This document shows positions 19,272 through 28,458 of a DNA stretch of 64,000 nucleotides, one piece after another. Location of the stretch: the NCBI GenBank assembly GCA_965662895.1, contig CBFIJH010000006.1:56924-120923 (forward strand), written 5' to 3'. The position numbers and the translations under genes were made by a program. The notes below the pieces were generated by a model. That model had not been told where the DNA came from. It searched no databases and saw only the letters and a program-made list of their open reading frames with translations. Source of the stretch: Candidatus Poseidoniaceae archaeon (lineage in GTDB: Archaea; Thermoplasmatota; Poseidoniia; Poseidoniales; Poseidoniaceae). Each line of letters begins with the position of its first letter. Position 1 is the stretch's first letter.

Positions 19272-21478
19272 GATCGATGAATTCGATTCGTCAGCTACTC
19301 ATCGAGCGAGGACTGCTTGGTCAGAACGCTCAGAATTATGGGTCGGCAGATGAATTGATGCTCGTTTCAGCGGGACCTGAAAGTTATCTCTCTCGATTCT
19401 CTCTGTTGTGTGGTCCTTCGAAAAACCGGGTTCTTGTTCGACAACCATCACGTGAGATATTACCGCCTCAGCAAAACCATTCCCCACTTTCTGGTGAGAT
19501 TCGGCTCGAAGAAAGTACAGAATTTGTCTTTCAGCAAGAAACTTGGAACGGTCGATGTTGGATTCAATCACAGTCAAGTTCGCACTCATCACTCGCAACG
19601 GGTTTGAGGGAGGTTTGTCCACAAAGTGCCACTCCTTTTATCGGAAGTCCTCCCGAGGATTTACCCTTTCAAGGCCCGTTTTGGTCGGGAAGCCTTTCCT
19701 ACGATCTCTTGCAAATGACGCAACCGATACGTTTGCAATTCCCTCCAAAAGAAGGAACACTCTTGTGTGTTTTATGGCAAGTTGACCATTGCATTGTTTA
19801 TGATAAGCAACGCGATTCATTTTTTGTATTATCAACGGACATGGCATGGAAGAACAACGTGTTGGATTGTCTTGAAAAAATTGATGAAAAAGATGCAACG
19901 ATTGAAATCCCTCAATCGAACCCTCCAGTCTCAGATTGCAGCGATAAAGAACATGAAAATATCGTCACAGATGTCCAATCAGCCATTGTTGATGGTCAAT
20001 TGTATCAATTGAACTATGGCCGAACCTGGGAAGGTGAGATCCGAGCCGAACCATGGGATATTTTCCGTCATTCTGTCGCATCGAACCCAGCCCCATATTC
20101 TGGTTTTCTGCACATGAAAGATGAAGCGTTTGCACTGGTATCAGCTTCGCCTGAATCGCTTCTTCATACGGAAAATGGAATCGTTACAACGGCTCCCATC
20201 AAAGGTACTGCTCCTCGGGGTGCATCCGAAATCGAAGAATTGCTCCTTCGAGAAGATATGATTTCGGATCGTAAGGAGCGTGCAGAACACCGTATGTTGG
20301 TCGATCTCATGCGGAACGATGTTGGTCGAATTGCCCAACCGAACCAGGTGTGGGTCGACCGTTTTGATGTTGAAGCATATGCTGAAGTTCAGCATCTTGT
20401 TTCTCGCGTTAAAGGAAAGTTAAGAAAAAATGTTGACCTCTTTGATGCCATTGAAAACGTATTCCCAGGGGGGTCGATTACCGGGTGTCCAAGAACTGTT
20501 GTCTGTGCAGCAATCGATGAACTGGAGCGGAAATCACGATCTTTTTGGACCGGTTCTATGGGATGGTTTGATCCATCGACCGGACATTCTTCATGGAATA
20601 TCCTGATTCGCACTGCAGAACTTCACAAGAAGAATTCACTATGGCATGCTTCCGTAACCGCTGGTGGAGGGATTACCATTGAATCCAACCCAAAGTCGGA
20701 GGTTGCTGAAGCAAAATGGAAGGCGAACGCTCTTTTGCGTTCGTGTGGATGGATTGACGAACCTGTTACTTCAAATCCGGGAAAGACTCTGGGAATCCAT
20801 CCTCTGCCTCTTGAAACGAACCAAAGCAATCATTCAGTCTCATCCGCAATTTACACGAAACAATACAAGAAAAATGCAATTTTACTCATTGATAACTTGG
20901 ATTCATTTACGTACAACATTGCCCACGTTCTTTGTGGACTTGGACACGATGTGAACATTCTCTCAGGACGCAAGAAATTGCATGTCACGGCTCAACAATT
21001 GCTTGATGATTTGCAACCATCGCATATCATTCTCGGACCGGGTCCTGGCTGGCCAGAAGACAGTCCTTTGACCATGGAACTTGCAAAACTATCACTCAGT
21101 GGCGGCACACCGCCTCTTCTGGGAATTTGTCTCGGGCATCAGGCCATCGGAGTCGTGGCAGGACTAAACCTCGTTCCGAGTCCGATTGGCCCGGTTCATG
21201 GCATCCCGGTGAAATGCATGCATGAACATCAAGGCCTGTTTGAAGGATTGGGTGATGTTTTCATGACGCGTTACAACTCCTTGACGCATTTATCTGCAGA
21301 ACTTCTCGAAAACCCAAATCTGATCCTTGATGCAACTGACGATACCGGTTCCTTGGTTCTTGGATTCCACTCAGCAAACAGTTCAGTCTTTGGTGTTCAA
21401 TTTCATCCCGAATCGGTTGGGAGCCAATCTGGAGTTCATATCCTGTCAAAATTTCTAGAATATCGAGCGCATGGTTGA
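19268..21478 (+). CDS. pabB: Aminodeoxychorismate synthase, component I fused to C-terminal glutamine amidotransferase (PabB-PabA)
   Basis: Chorismate-binding motifs YQLN, NPAPY, SASPE, PIKGT, KERAEHRMLVDLMRND and FPGGSITGCP; GATase IDNLDSFTYN, GPGPG, GICLGHQ and QFHPES. Confidence 0.85.
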   Translation: MRSMNSIRQLLIERGLLGQNAQNYGSADELMLVSAGPESYLSRFSLLCGPSKNRVLVRQPSREILPPQQNHSPLSGEIRLEESTEFVFQQETWNGRCWIQSQSSSHSSLATGLREVCPQSATPFIGSPPEDLPFQGPFWSGSLSYDLLQMTQPIRLQFPPKEGTLLCVLWQVDHCIVYDKQRDSFFVLSTDMAWKNNVLDCLEKIDEKDATIEIPQSNPPVSDCSDKEHENIVTDVQSAIVDGQLYQLNYGRTWEGEIRAEPWDIFRHSVASNPAPYSGFLHMKDEAFALVSASPESLLHTENGIVTTAPIKGTAPRGASEIEELLLREDMISDRKERAEHRMLVDLMRNDVGRIAQPNQVWVDRFDVEAYAEVQHLVSRVKGKLRKNVDLFDAIENVFPGGSITGCPRTVVCAAIDELERKSRSFWTGSMGWFDPSTGHSSWNILIRTAELHKKNSLWHASVTAGGGITIESNPKSEVAEAKWKANALLRSCGWIDEPVTSNPGKTLGIHPLPLETNQSNHSVSSAIYTKQYKKNAILLIDNLDSFTYNIAHVLCGLGHDVNILSGRKKLHVTAQQLLDDLQPSHIILGPGPGWPEDSPLTMELAKLSLSGGTPPLLGICLGHQAIGVVAGLNLVPSPIGPVHGIPVKCMHEHQGLFEGLGDVFMTRYNSLTHLSAELLENPNLILDATDDTGSLVLGFHSANSSVFGVQFHPESVGSQSGVHILSKFLEYRAHG

Positions 21479-21515
21479 AATGACGGCAGTCTTTGGATTG
21501 CATTGAGGGAAGAAG

Positions 21516-21902
21516 ATGCCTATCTGTCGACTCTGCTCTGGAACCTATCCCCGTGAATTTTTCATTCATGGAAATGGACCAAACACACAAGTTTGTTCCC
21601 GTTGTGGAGTCGAGCATGGTTATGTTAGCAAAGATGAGGTTGCGAACCTCTACGATGATACTCTGAAGTCAGCCCGCCTGAGCACAGTCACACGTCGTTA
21701 TCGTCCATTCATCTATCTGACCGTTCTATGGGGAATTTACATTACCACAGTTCGCGGTATAAATCCATGGGGATGGTACATGCTCATCATGCTGACCTTG
21801 CTCACTCTAGCGTCGATTGTTGTCTTCATTACCAGCGGAGCAAGGTACTCTAGCAACCTAGCCCGATTGACTCCAGACTATGAACGCCCCAAAGGGCATT
21901 AG
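21516..21902 (+). CDS. Zinc-ribbon membrane protein, hypothetical
   Basis: CRLC...CSRC at the N-terminus and two C-terminal TM segments. Confidence 0.7.
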   Translation: MPICRLCSGTYPREFFIHGNGPNTQVCSRCGVEHGYVSKDEVANLYDDTLKSARLSTVTRRYRPFIYLTVLWGIYITTVRGINPWGWYMLIMLTLLTLASIVVFITSGARYSSNLARLTPDYERPKGH

Positions 21903-21906
21903 TTCA

Positions 21907-23202
21907 TCACTTTGAATGTATTCTCAAGACATCTCCATCGGAGAGTTGATGATCTGCACCAACAACTCGACGTGTTCGTCCATCCACACCCTTGATGAAA
22001 CCATCACCGAGATCGGAGTGGACCTTGTAAGCAACTTGTTTTGCTTGAATTCCTTCTGGTACAACGAGAGCATCAGGAAGAACATTGCCATCTCCATCCG
22101 TCCACTGAGTTTCATCTTGGACAGGATACACGACGATACGTTTGAGCTCTTCAAACAACACTTGGTCGAGTAGCGGAAGGATACCAGTGCCTTTCATGTT
22201 CTGTAGACGTTCTGCCAATACTGCAAGACCCTTCTGTTGTGCTTCACTCATCGATTTTTCTTGATTTAATTCGAACGAGGTGCTTCCGAGTGTGTAGGTA
22301 ATGAAGCCTGCTTTGCTTGCTTGGCGTAGTGCAAGTTCGGTTTCAGCAGAGCAAGGTGTAAATGAAGGAAGCACTGTTTGGAAGTGCTCGACTACACCTT
22401 CAGGTGCCAAATCCGCTTTGTTTCCTGCTACAAAGATTGGAAACAGGTGCTCGCGTAACGACGATGCAAGGAGCATCAGGACGTTGTCTGGCCAATCCCA
22501 TGGTGAGGTCATATCGGAGTGATTTTGAGAAAAGGCGTCAAAAGCGCGTTGGCATAACACTTCTGTTGCGCCTAAACCGGAGAGACGCTCCTGTAGGAAC
22601 TTTGTGAAACCTTTCACGCCTTCAGCTTGTATTCGCCGAGCTCCTCTGGACCATCCATCTTTGACCAACCCAAGAATCCATGCATCCAATTCATTGGTTA
22701 GAAAATCCACTTCAGCTTGTGCTTGCTCAATCGCTTCTTCCTTCGTGCTTTTCACACCTGTAGGATTGCCTTCGATGTCTGTTGTACCTGCAACATCAAT
22801 CACTTGGATTAATGCATCACAATCTGCTAAATCAGAAAGGAAGGCATTTCCACGTCCCCGACCTTCACTCGCTCCAGGAACCAATCCCGCAACATCGACA
22901 AGCATGCAGGGTACAAAGCGCTGATGTCCATCGCAAGATCCAGTCCTTGGCGTACAGATGCTCCCCCCTCGTTCTTGAGGAAACTGGGTACGCCCATCCT
23001 CCTCCAATCGTTTTCGCAAAACTCCACATGGACAAGGCTTGCGACTTGGAATGAAAGAAAATCCTACATTCGGTTCGATGGTACAGAACGGATAGTTTGC
23101 AATATCTACAGGGATGAGTGTTGACGCGGCAAAGAATGTCGATTTTCCGACATTTGGCTTTCCAACCAAACCAATACGCACGGATTGACCGCCTCGCTTC
23201 AC
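21907..23202 (-). CDS. ychF: Archaeal YchF/Obg-family translation-associated GTPase with TGS domain
   Basis: GKPNVGKST, ANYPFCTIEPN, Cys cluster, DVAGLVPGA, GNKAD and C-terminal TGS (AYKVHSDLGDGF). Confidence 0.9.
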   Translation of the reverse strand: MKRGGQSVRIGLVGKPNVGKSTFFAASTLIPVDIANYPFCTIEPNVGFSFIPSRKPCPCGVLRKRLEEDGRTQFPQERGGSICTPRTGSCDGHQRFVPCMLVDVAGLVPGASEGRGRGNAFLSDLADCDALIQVIDVAGTTDIEGNPTGVKSTKEEAIEQAQAEVDFLTNELDAWILGLVKDGWSRGARRIQAEGVKGFTKFLQERLSGLGATEVLCQRAFDAFSQNHSDMTSPWDWPDNVLMLLASSLREHLFPIFVAGNKADLAPEGVVEHFQTVLPSFTPCSAETELALRQASKAGFITYTLGSTSFELNQEKSMSEAQQKGLAVLAERLQNMKGTGILPLLDQVLFEELKRIVVYPVQDETQWTDGDGNVLPDALVVPEGIQAKQVAYKVHSDLGDGFIKGVDGRTRRVVGADHQLSDGDVLRIHSK

Positions 23203-25160
23203 TCTTCTTCAGATACGCCTGAACGAACACGTGCAATTGCAATATCAAGTTCAGGTAGGTTTACGCGACCATCACCATCAAGATCGACAAATTCCATCAG
23301 CTTGGCAATGTCCCAAGGAGGTAAGTCTGCAATTTCTGCATTTCGCAATGCTTGCTGGAGTTCATATCCGTCAATGAGTCCAGAGTCGTCCAAGTCAATT
23401 GAGCGGAAGAATTCGAAGATACTGATTTCCTTCTTTTCAAGATAGTCCGACAGCATTTCAAGTTCATTCTTCTCCACAGGGAATTCATCGATTTCATCAT
23501 CATGCAATGTTGAGGAGACTTCAATAATCGTCATACCGCCTTCGTCTTCAACATCCGACCCAATTACAAGAATTGTGTCGACGCCGACACCGCGCTGCAA
23601 GAGTTTACGAATCGAGGATTCACCAGGCTGCATTGAGTAACGAGAGATGTCCGAGGTCGTCGAGACCGATGTATCGACTTTCATACCACCAATCGAGGTG
23701 CGAATGAGATTGAGGAACAGCAGGATGACACCGATGGAACCAAAATAAAACAAAACAGCTGCAGTAAGGCTGAAGCCACCATCTGTCATAACGACATCTT
23801 CACTTCCGGAATCAAGAAGAGCTTTTTCTGTGAAGTCTCCCATGAGCTTCGCCACCGTTGATGTTACGCCACCGAAAGCAATCAACATCGTTGAGAGTGA
23901 GGCAGATGAAGGGGAAGCAAGTTGGCGATCTCCCGCAAGAGGATAGGATTCAGCAACGCAGGCAACGGCCATCAAGCCGCCAACGGTCCACATGAAGCCA
24001 ATGTCAACGGTTTGAGCCATGTCGTTCAAAGCTCCAAGGCCAATGAAAACATCAAGCGAGGTGAAATAACCGCCAAGAGCGTACAATGGGAAGAATACCA
24101 TGGCAAGAGTTGCGGCCAATGCACCAGGTCGTGAAACAACACCGGTTGCATTGCTGAGCGATGTCATGATGATGTTCACAGCACCTGCCAAAATTGGAAG
24201 CAATGCAAGCGTCATCAAGATTGCACCGATGTTCTCAAGCAACGTTCCAGCATCTGCTGAAGAGAGCATGAACGGTGGAAGCGTGAAAAAGAGAAGAAGA
24301 AGGCTTGCCTTTGTCATCGAATCGGACCAAATCGGTCGGCTCGCCGCTCGTGGAACAACGTGGTAAGCCACAGCGAAGATGAGAGCAAGAAGTGTCCACG
24401 ATTGAGACATACGTTCGCCTAGCCAAACGGTTTGAGTTGAATCGACAAGTTCGCCAAAGAAACGAAACTGTGAACCAAAGATAAACGATGCCAGGGCCAT
24501 AAACATGAACCAGTTGCTCGCTGAAACAACCTCACCTTTTCGTTGGCCAACAGTAATCAGAACATTGATCATGACTGCGATAATGATGAAGGATCGTAGA
24601 GCATGAAGGAATAAATTTTGAATAAACGCCTCATTTGTTGCGGATAAGTCAAAAATAAGTCCAAGGATGACCGGCAGGAGCATTGATGAAATTGTTAGAA
24701 CCGAAAAGAGGAGGCCAGTTAGGCTTGCATTCGCTTCGCTTGCAAGTCGACCCGCTCCTGCTCGCGCTGCAGCGACGAGCCCACCACCAATGAGAATAGA
24801 CATGAGACCTGTCATCAAGGTAACATCTACGAATGTGTTGAGTGCGCTTCCGTCATCGTACTCCCAACCTATGCTTGCAAGTGAGTCAAGTGCACTCGCA
24901 TCGTAATCATGCCAAAGAGCGAGGAATGTTCCAATAGCGGCAAATGTGAGCCATATCATTCCAAGATTCATCCATGTTTTGGATCCGTTTCCTCTCCCAT
25001 CGTTAAACAGGTCAACAATTCCTGCTGGTGCTTTGTTCAGAAGGAAGAGGCCAAATTGACGCATCGGTGCTGCCATGTTACCAATCCCACGCTGAACGTA
25101 GTACGTAGCAAAGCCAACAACGATGAAGAAGAAAATCAGAGCGGGGAATACTGCATCCAT
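23199..25160 (-). CDS. Polytopic membrane protein resembling cbb3-type oxidase subunit I (CcoN fold, His ligands absent) with two C-terminal EF-hands
   Basis: About 13 TM segments; CcoN-like segments QRKGEVVSASNWF, AYHVVPRAASRPIWS and YPLAGDRQLAS; EF-hand loops DLDDSGLIDGYE and DLDGDGRVNLPE; GAGGTGA SD. Confidence 0.75.
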   Translation of the reverse strand: MDAVFPALIFFFIVVGFATYYVQRGIGNMAAPMRQFGLFLLNKAPAGIVDLFNDGRGNGSKTWMNLGMIWLTFAAIGTFLALWHDYDASALDSLASIGWEYDDGSALNTFVDVTLMTGLMSILIGGGLVAAARAGAGRLASEANASLTGLLFSVLTISSMLLPVILGLIFDLSATNEAFIQNLFLHALRSFIIIAVMINVLITVGQRKGEVVSASNWFMFMALASFIFGSQFRFFGELVDSTQTVWLGERMSQSWTLLALIFAVAYHVVPRAASRPIWSDSMTKASLLLLFFTLPPFMLSSADAGTLLENIGAILMTLALLPILAGAVNIIMTSLSNATGVVSRPGALAATLAMVFFPLYALGGYFTSLDVFIGLGALNDMAQTVDIGFMWTVGGLMAVACVAESYPLAGDRQLASPSSASLSTMLIAFGGVTSTVAKLMGDFTEKALLDSGSEDVVMTDGGFSLTAAVLFYFGSIGVILLFLNLIRTSIGGMKVDTSVSTTSDISRYSMQPGESSIRKLLQRGVGVDTILVIGSDVEDEGGMTIIEVSSTLHDDEIDEFPVEKNELEMLSDYLEKKEISIFEFFRSIDLDDSGLIDGYELQQALRNAEIADLPPWDIAKLMEFVDLDGDGRVNLPELDIAIARVRSGVSEEE

Positions 25161-25170
25161 TCATTTCACC

Positions 25171-25443
25171 TCAATCTGCAAGAACCTCGCCTGCTAGTGT
25201 TGACACAATAGCGCCAAGTCCTATGATGAATCCGAGGAGGTAATACCAGATGCCAGAGCCGCCAAGGTTGGACATCAATGGAACGATATCTCCAGCAACA
25301 GGGATATTGTCCCAACCAAAGATTGTACTGAACAGTCCAAACATTCCAATTGTTACGACTGAGATTAAGACGAGAATGATACGGCTGGATGATGGTTCTG
25401 CAGTTCCGATGACTGCATCGGGGAGTTCTGTACTGTTCGACAT
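25171..25443 (-). CDS. Small 2-TM membrane protein, hypothetical
   Basis: 90 aa with two hydrophobic segments; stop codon overlaps the SD of the downstream CcoN-like gene. Confidence 0.7.
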   Translation of the reverse strand: MSNSTELPDAVIGTAEPSSSRIILVLISVVTIGMFGLFSTIFGWDNIPVAGDIVPLMSNLGGSGIWYYLLGFIIGLGAIVSTLAGEVLAD

Positions 25444-25544
25444 TATGGGCCCTCATGTGCCTAAGTTGGACATGCTTGCGACTCAAAGCGCGGTGATAAA
25501 CATTCACCAAGAGCGCCATTGAAGGATTGAATAAATCGTGTCCA

Positions 25545-26711
25545 TCAGGGAGAGCGAAGAATTTCAGTAAGTGAGCCACGTCGTGGCATTGAGGTTCCGA
25601 GTGGAACAGGGATTGAACGGTCGTTCAGAAGTTCCTGATTCCAGCGACCTTTGCACGTACAATCCAAGCCTTGGAACTCATCCAGAGAACCTGAAACCGC
25701 ATACCGCTCGATTGCAGCGACAACCTCTGAATCGCACTCACCACAATTGTGAGATCCTCGGATTTTACCTCCAGCTGTTGGGTGTATAATAAGACGTGAA
25801 ATTTGATCATCATCTCCGTTCTTACCACCATTTGGATGTACAATGTGATGGCTTTGCTGGATAAGCTCCACCAACGACCATAGCCACGGTGGCCGGTATT
25901 CCCGATGTCGGTGAAGCCGATCAATGATTGTTCCACGTTGAATATTCATTGGATTAATCGAGATTTCATCGCTCCGTTCGGCAACTGCAGCGATCCAATG
26001 AATGCAATGATCAAGCGCATCTGCTTCGCTCATAAATGGAGGTTTGAACATCAAATAGGTCTTGACTCGGAGTTTAAATTTCCTGAGTCGTTCAACTGCA
26101 CGATCCCACGAAGCAACCGAAAATCCCTTGTTCACGTGGAACCGAAGTACTTCATCATCATACGCTTCAAGTCCAATTGCAACGGTAAAATTTGGATTGA
26201 TTGATGTCGCCCATTCCAATTTCTCTTCTGTCAGTTGTTCAGTACGACTTTCCACGATAAGTTCTTTTCCGAGGTCAAAACAATCTCGGAGAACTGTTTC
26301 TTGAAAATCAACTGGAATTTCTCGGTCCTCAAGCAAAGACCCGGAAGTGTACACCTTCACCATCGCATGATTTTCGAAATTGTTGAACTTCTCCTTTGCA
26401 TGCTGCCACTGTGCGTGGAGATCCTCGCTGTTCACATCGTCTCGAGTATCATTGAAGTAGCCACAAAACGTGCAACCGGATGACCACCACCAGTGACATC
26501 CTTTCGTTCGAAGAATAACTGTTACAGCACTACATGGCTCACCATGGATTGTCATTTCGGGTGTTGAATAGACCGTCGCAGGGAAGGATGCATCCCAGGA
26601 CTGCTGGCGCTCCTTCGCCCATGGTGTATTTGCTGGTGCTTTCACAAGATCATGAATCTTGAGACTTTTTGAGTCTTCGCCGAGCATGGTAAGGCCTTTG
26701 CCCGATGACAT
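25545..26711 (-). CDS. raSEA: Radical SAM protein of archaeosine biosynthesis (RaSEA family)
   Basis: TVILRTKGC-x7-CTFCGY, KVYTSGS, VESR, AIGLE, INPMNIQRGT, YRPPWLWS and RGSHNCGEC...CTCK. Confidence 0.88.
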   Translation of the reverse strand: MSSGKGLTMLGEDSKSLKIHDLVKAPANTPWAKERQQSWDASFPATVYSTPEMTIHGEPCSAVTVILRTKGCHWWWSSGCTFCGYFNDTRDDVNSEDLHAQWQHAKEKFNNFENHAMVKVYTSGSLLEDREIPVDFQETVLRDCFDLGKELIVESRTEQLTEEKLEWATSINPNFTVAIGLEAYDDEVLRFHVNKGFSVASWDRAVERLRKFKLRVKTYLMFKPPFMSEADALDHCIHWIAAVAERSDEISINPMNIQRGTIIDRLHRHREYRPPWLWSLVELIQQSHHIVHPNGGKNGDDDQISRLIIHPTAGGKIRGSHNCGECDSEVVAAIERYAVSGSLDEFQGLDCTCKGRWNQELLNDRSIPVPLGTSMPRRGSLTEILRSP

Positions 26712-26725
26712 GGACAGCCCTCTTC

Positions 26726-27580
26726 CTATTCCTCTTCAAGGATTCGTTTGAAAATGACGTCCGAACCGGCCTTGATGAATTGACCCTTCGGATGGTCTGG
26801 ATGCTTCGCTTCAGCAGAGATGACCAATGGCTCATAAAGCGCTGCAGGAACGCGAACGTCAACTCGACTTCCAAGCCGGATCATTCCATATCGCTCGCCT
26901 CGGCGTAGTTCATCCCCAATCCCTCTCCATGGAACAATCGTTCGGGCGAGTGCTCCTGAAATCTGAATCACCTCAATTCGTTCATTATTCGAGGATTCAA
27001 GGACTGTTCGAACACGTTCATTGTACTCGCTTTCTTTTCGATACGCCGGAGCAAACGGCCCTCGAAGTTGCCCTTTTCCGGTTCGATGTTCCATTGCAAC
27101 AATCGACGAAGCGAAGGGAGCACGATTAACATGAACATCGAGCGGAGACATGAAAATAGCAACACGCCAAACATCTGTTTCTTGCCCCTCATCAACCACT
27201 GGGGCGAAACGTTGTTCGGTTTCAAACAAAAGTGGATTGTTGCATGGCTGTGGGTACCAATCTCCGGTCAACTCATCGGTTTCTATACCGCCTTGTTCAC
27301 GTTCAGATCGTGAAGGGCGACGCCCTGTGGAGCGCTCCCGACGTACAAACATCACATGGCCATCCGCAGGGGAAACCAATACCCCTGCATCTTGCGGAAT
27401 CGGCCGGTCAGGATCTCTCCAAAAATTTGCAAAGAACACTGCAATCATAAGACATAGAACACCAAGAAGGGGCATGAGCCCGTTAAGGGGATCAAGATAG
27501 ACTCCACCAACAAGAATCATGATGCCCGATATTGCGAAGGTCGCAACCGGCGCATGCCCCCCTTGGGCGAGACCTGCCAA
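26726..27580 (-). CDS. psd: Phosphatidylserine/archaetidylserine decarboxylase proenzyme
   Basis: FWRDPDR, SPADG, IFMSPLDVHVNRAP, NER, QISGALAR and GMIRLGSRVD (GS self-cleavage site); N-terminal TM. Confidence 0.9.
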   Translation of the reverse strand: MAGLAQGGHAPVATFAISGIMILVGGVYLDPLNGLMPLLGVLCLMIAVFFANFWRDPDRPIPQDAGVLVSPADGHVMFVRRERSTGRRPSRSEREQGGIETDELTGDWYPQPCNNPLLFETEQRFAPVVDEGQETDVWRVAIFMSPLDVHVNRAPFASSIVAMEHRTGKGQLRGPFAPAYRKESEYNERVRTVLESSNNERIEVIQISGALARTIVPWRGIGDELRRGERYGMIRLGSRVDVRVPAALYEPLVISAEAKHPDHPKGQFIKAGSDVIFKRILEEE

Positions 27581-27591
27581 GGCGTTTCACC

Positions 27592-28371
27592 TCAATTATC
27601 AGACCAAGGGTCGACGTCCGAATTCCAGGTTTCTTGTGATGAAGATTCGGAATCGTCTTCTTCGGGTTTGGTTTCTGCAGGTGGTTCCTCAGCAGCGGCT
27701 TCCGTTTCCACTCCTTCTTCGGTGCTTGCCTCTTCATCAGTTTCAGGATTTTCTGAAGTTTCTTCTTCGGTGATTGATTCTGCTTCTTCGACAGTCATCT
27801 CTGCTGCTCGGGCCTCAACCATCTCGTCCATTCGTTCTGTAAAAGCACGAGACATGTGTTGCGATTGTCGCTCTGCTTCGACTGCGCTCTCAATCATCTC
27901 ATATCGTTGCTTGATTGCTTTGTTCAAATCTTCAAACAGCGTCATGTGTGCAACATACCAATCATCCCGCGCTTTCATTTCTGATACGGCGAGTTTCAAG
28001 TCGTTGTCAAGTTCTTCTGCGATTCCGAAGACTTTGCCAAGACGATCTTTCTCACGTGAATACTTTTCCTCCATTGTTTGAAGGGCAGGCTCAAGATGTT
28101 CAACCCGCTTGTCAGCCTTCGTCGCTTTCATTTCGAGTTCGCGAATTCGGAAATCTTTCTCAGCGATGAGGGATTCTTGTGCTTCTCGCTCGATCTCTTT
28201 GTCAATGATTTCTTTTTCAAGAACTTCGATTTCAGCTCGAGCATCAACGAGTTCTTTTTCTTGAGTTTCATAGGCTGCGAAGAGTTTTTTCAACCGGTCC
28301 GTTTCAGTGGCGAGTGCCTCTTCAAGTTGGCTGATTTGAACTTCAGGGGTGAGGGTTCCTTCTTCACTCAT
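27592..28371 (-). CDS. Coiled-coil protein with acidic disordered tail, hypothetical
   Basis: Heptad-rich E/K/L/A sequence for about 190 aa, then a Glu/Ser/Thr-rich tail ending W..DPW. Confidence 0.75.
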   Translation of the reverse strand: MSEEGTLTPEVQISQLEEALATETDRLKKLFAAYETQEKELVDARAEIEVLEKEIIDKEIEREAQESLIAEKDFRIRELEMKATKADKRVEHLEPALQTMEEKYSREKDRLGKVFGIAEELDNDLKLAVSEMKARDDWYVAHMTLFEDLNKAIKQRYEMIESAVEAERQSQHMSRAFTERMDEMVEARAAEMTVEEAESITEEETSENPETDEEASTEEGVETEAAAEEPPAETKPEEDDSESSSQETWNSDVDPWSDN

Positions 28372-28458
28372 ATGTTCACCCGGAGGAATGCCTCCATTTC
28401 AACCCAGTCGCCTTTACCCTATGAAGACGACGCTTCGTTGAGAACGAGAATACACTTC

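Noticed and set aside
27554-28081. Ser-rich 175-aa ORF on the plus strand, and many other short antisense ORFs in the track
   Set aside because: They are shadows of well-supported genes on the opposite strand (here the Glu-rich coiled-coil gene) and have no recognisable motifs.
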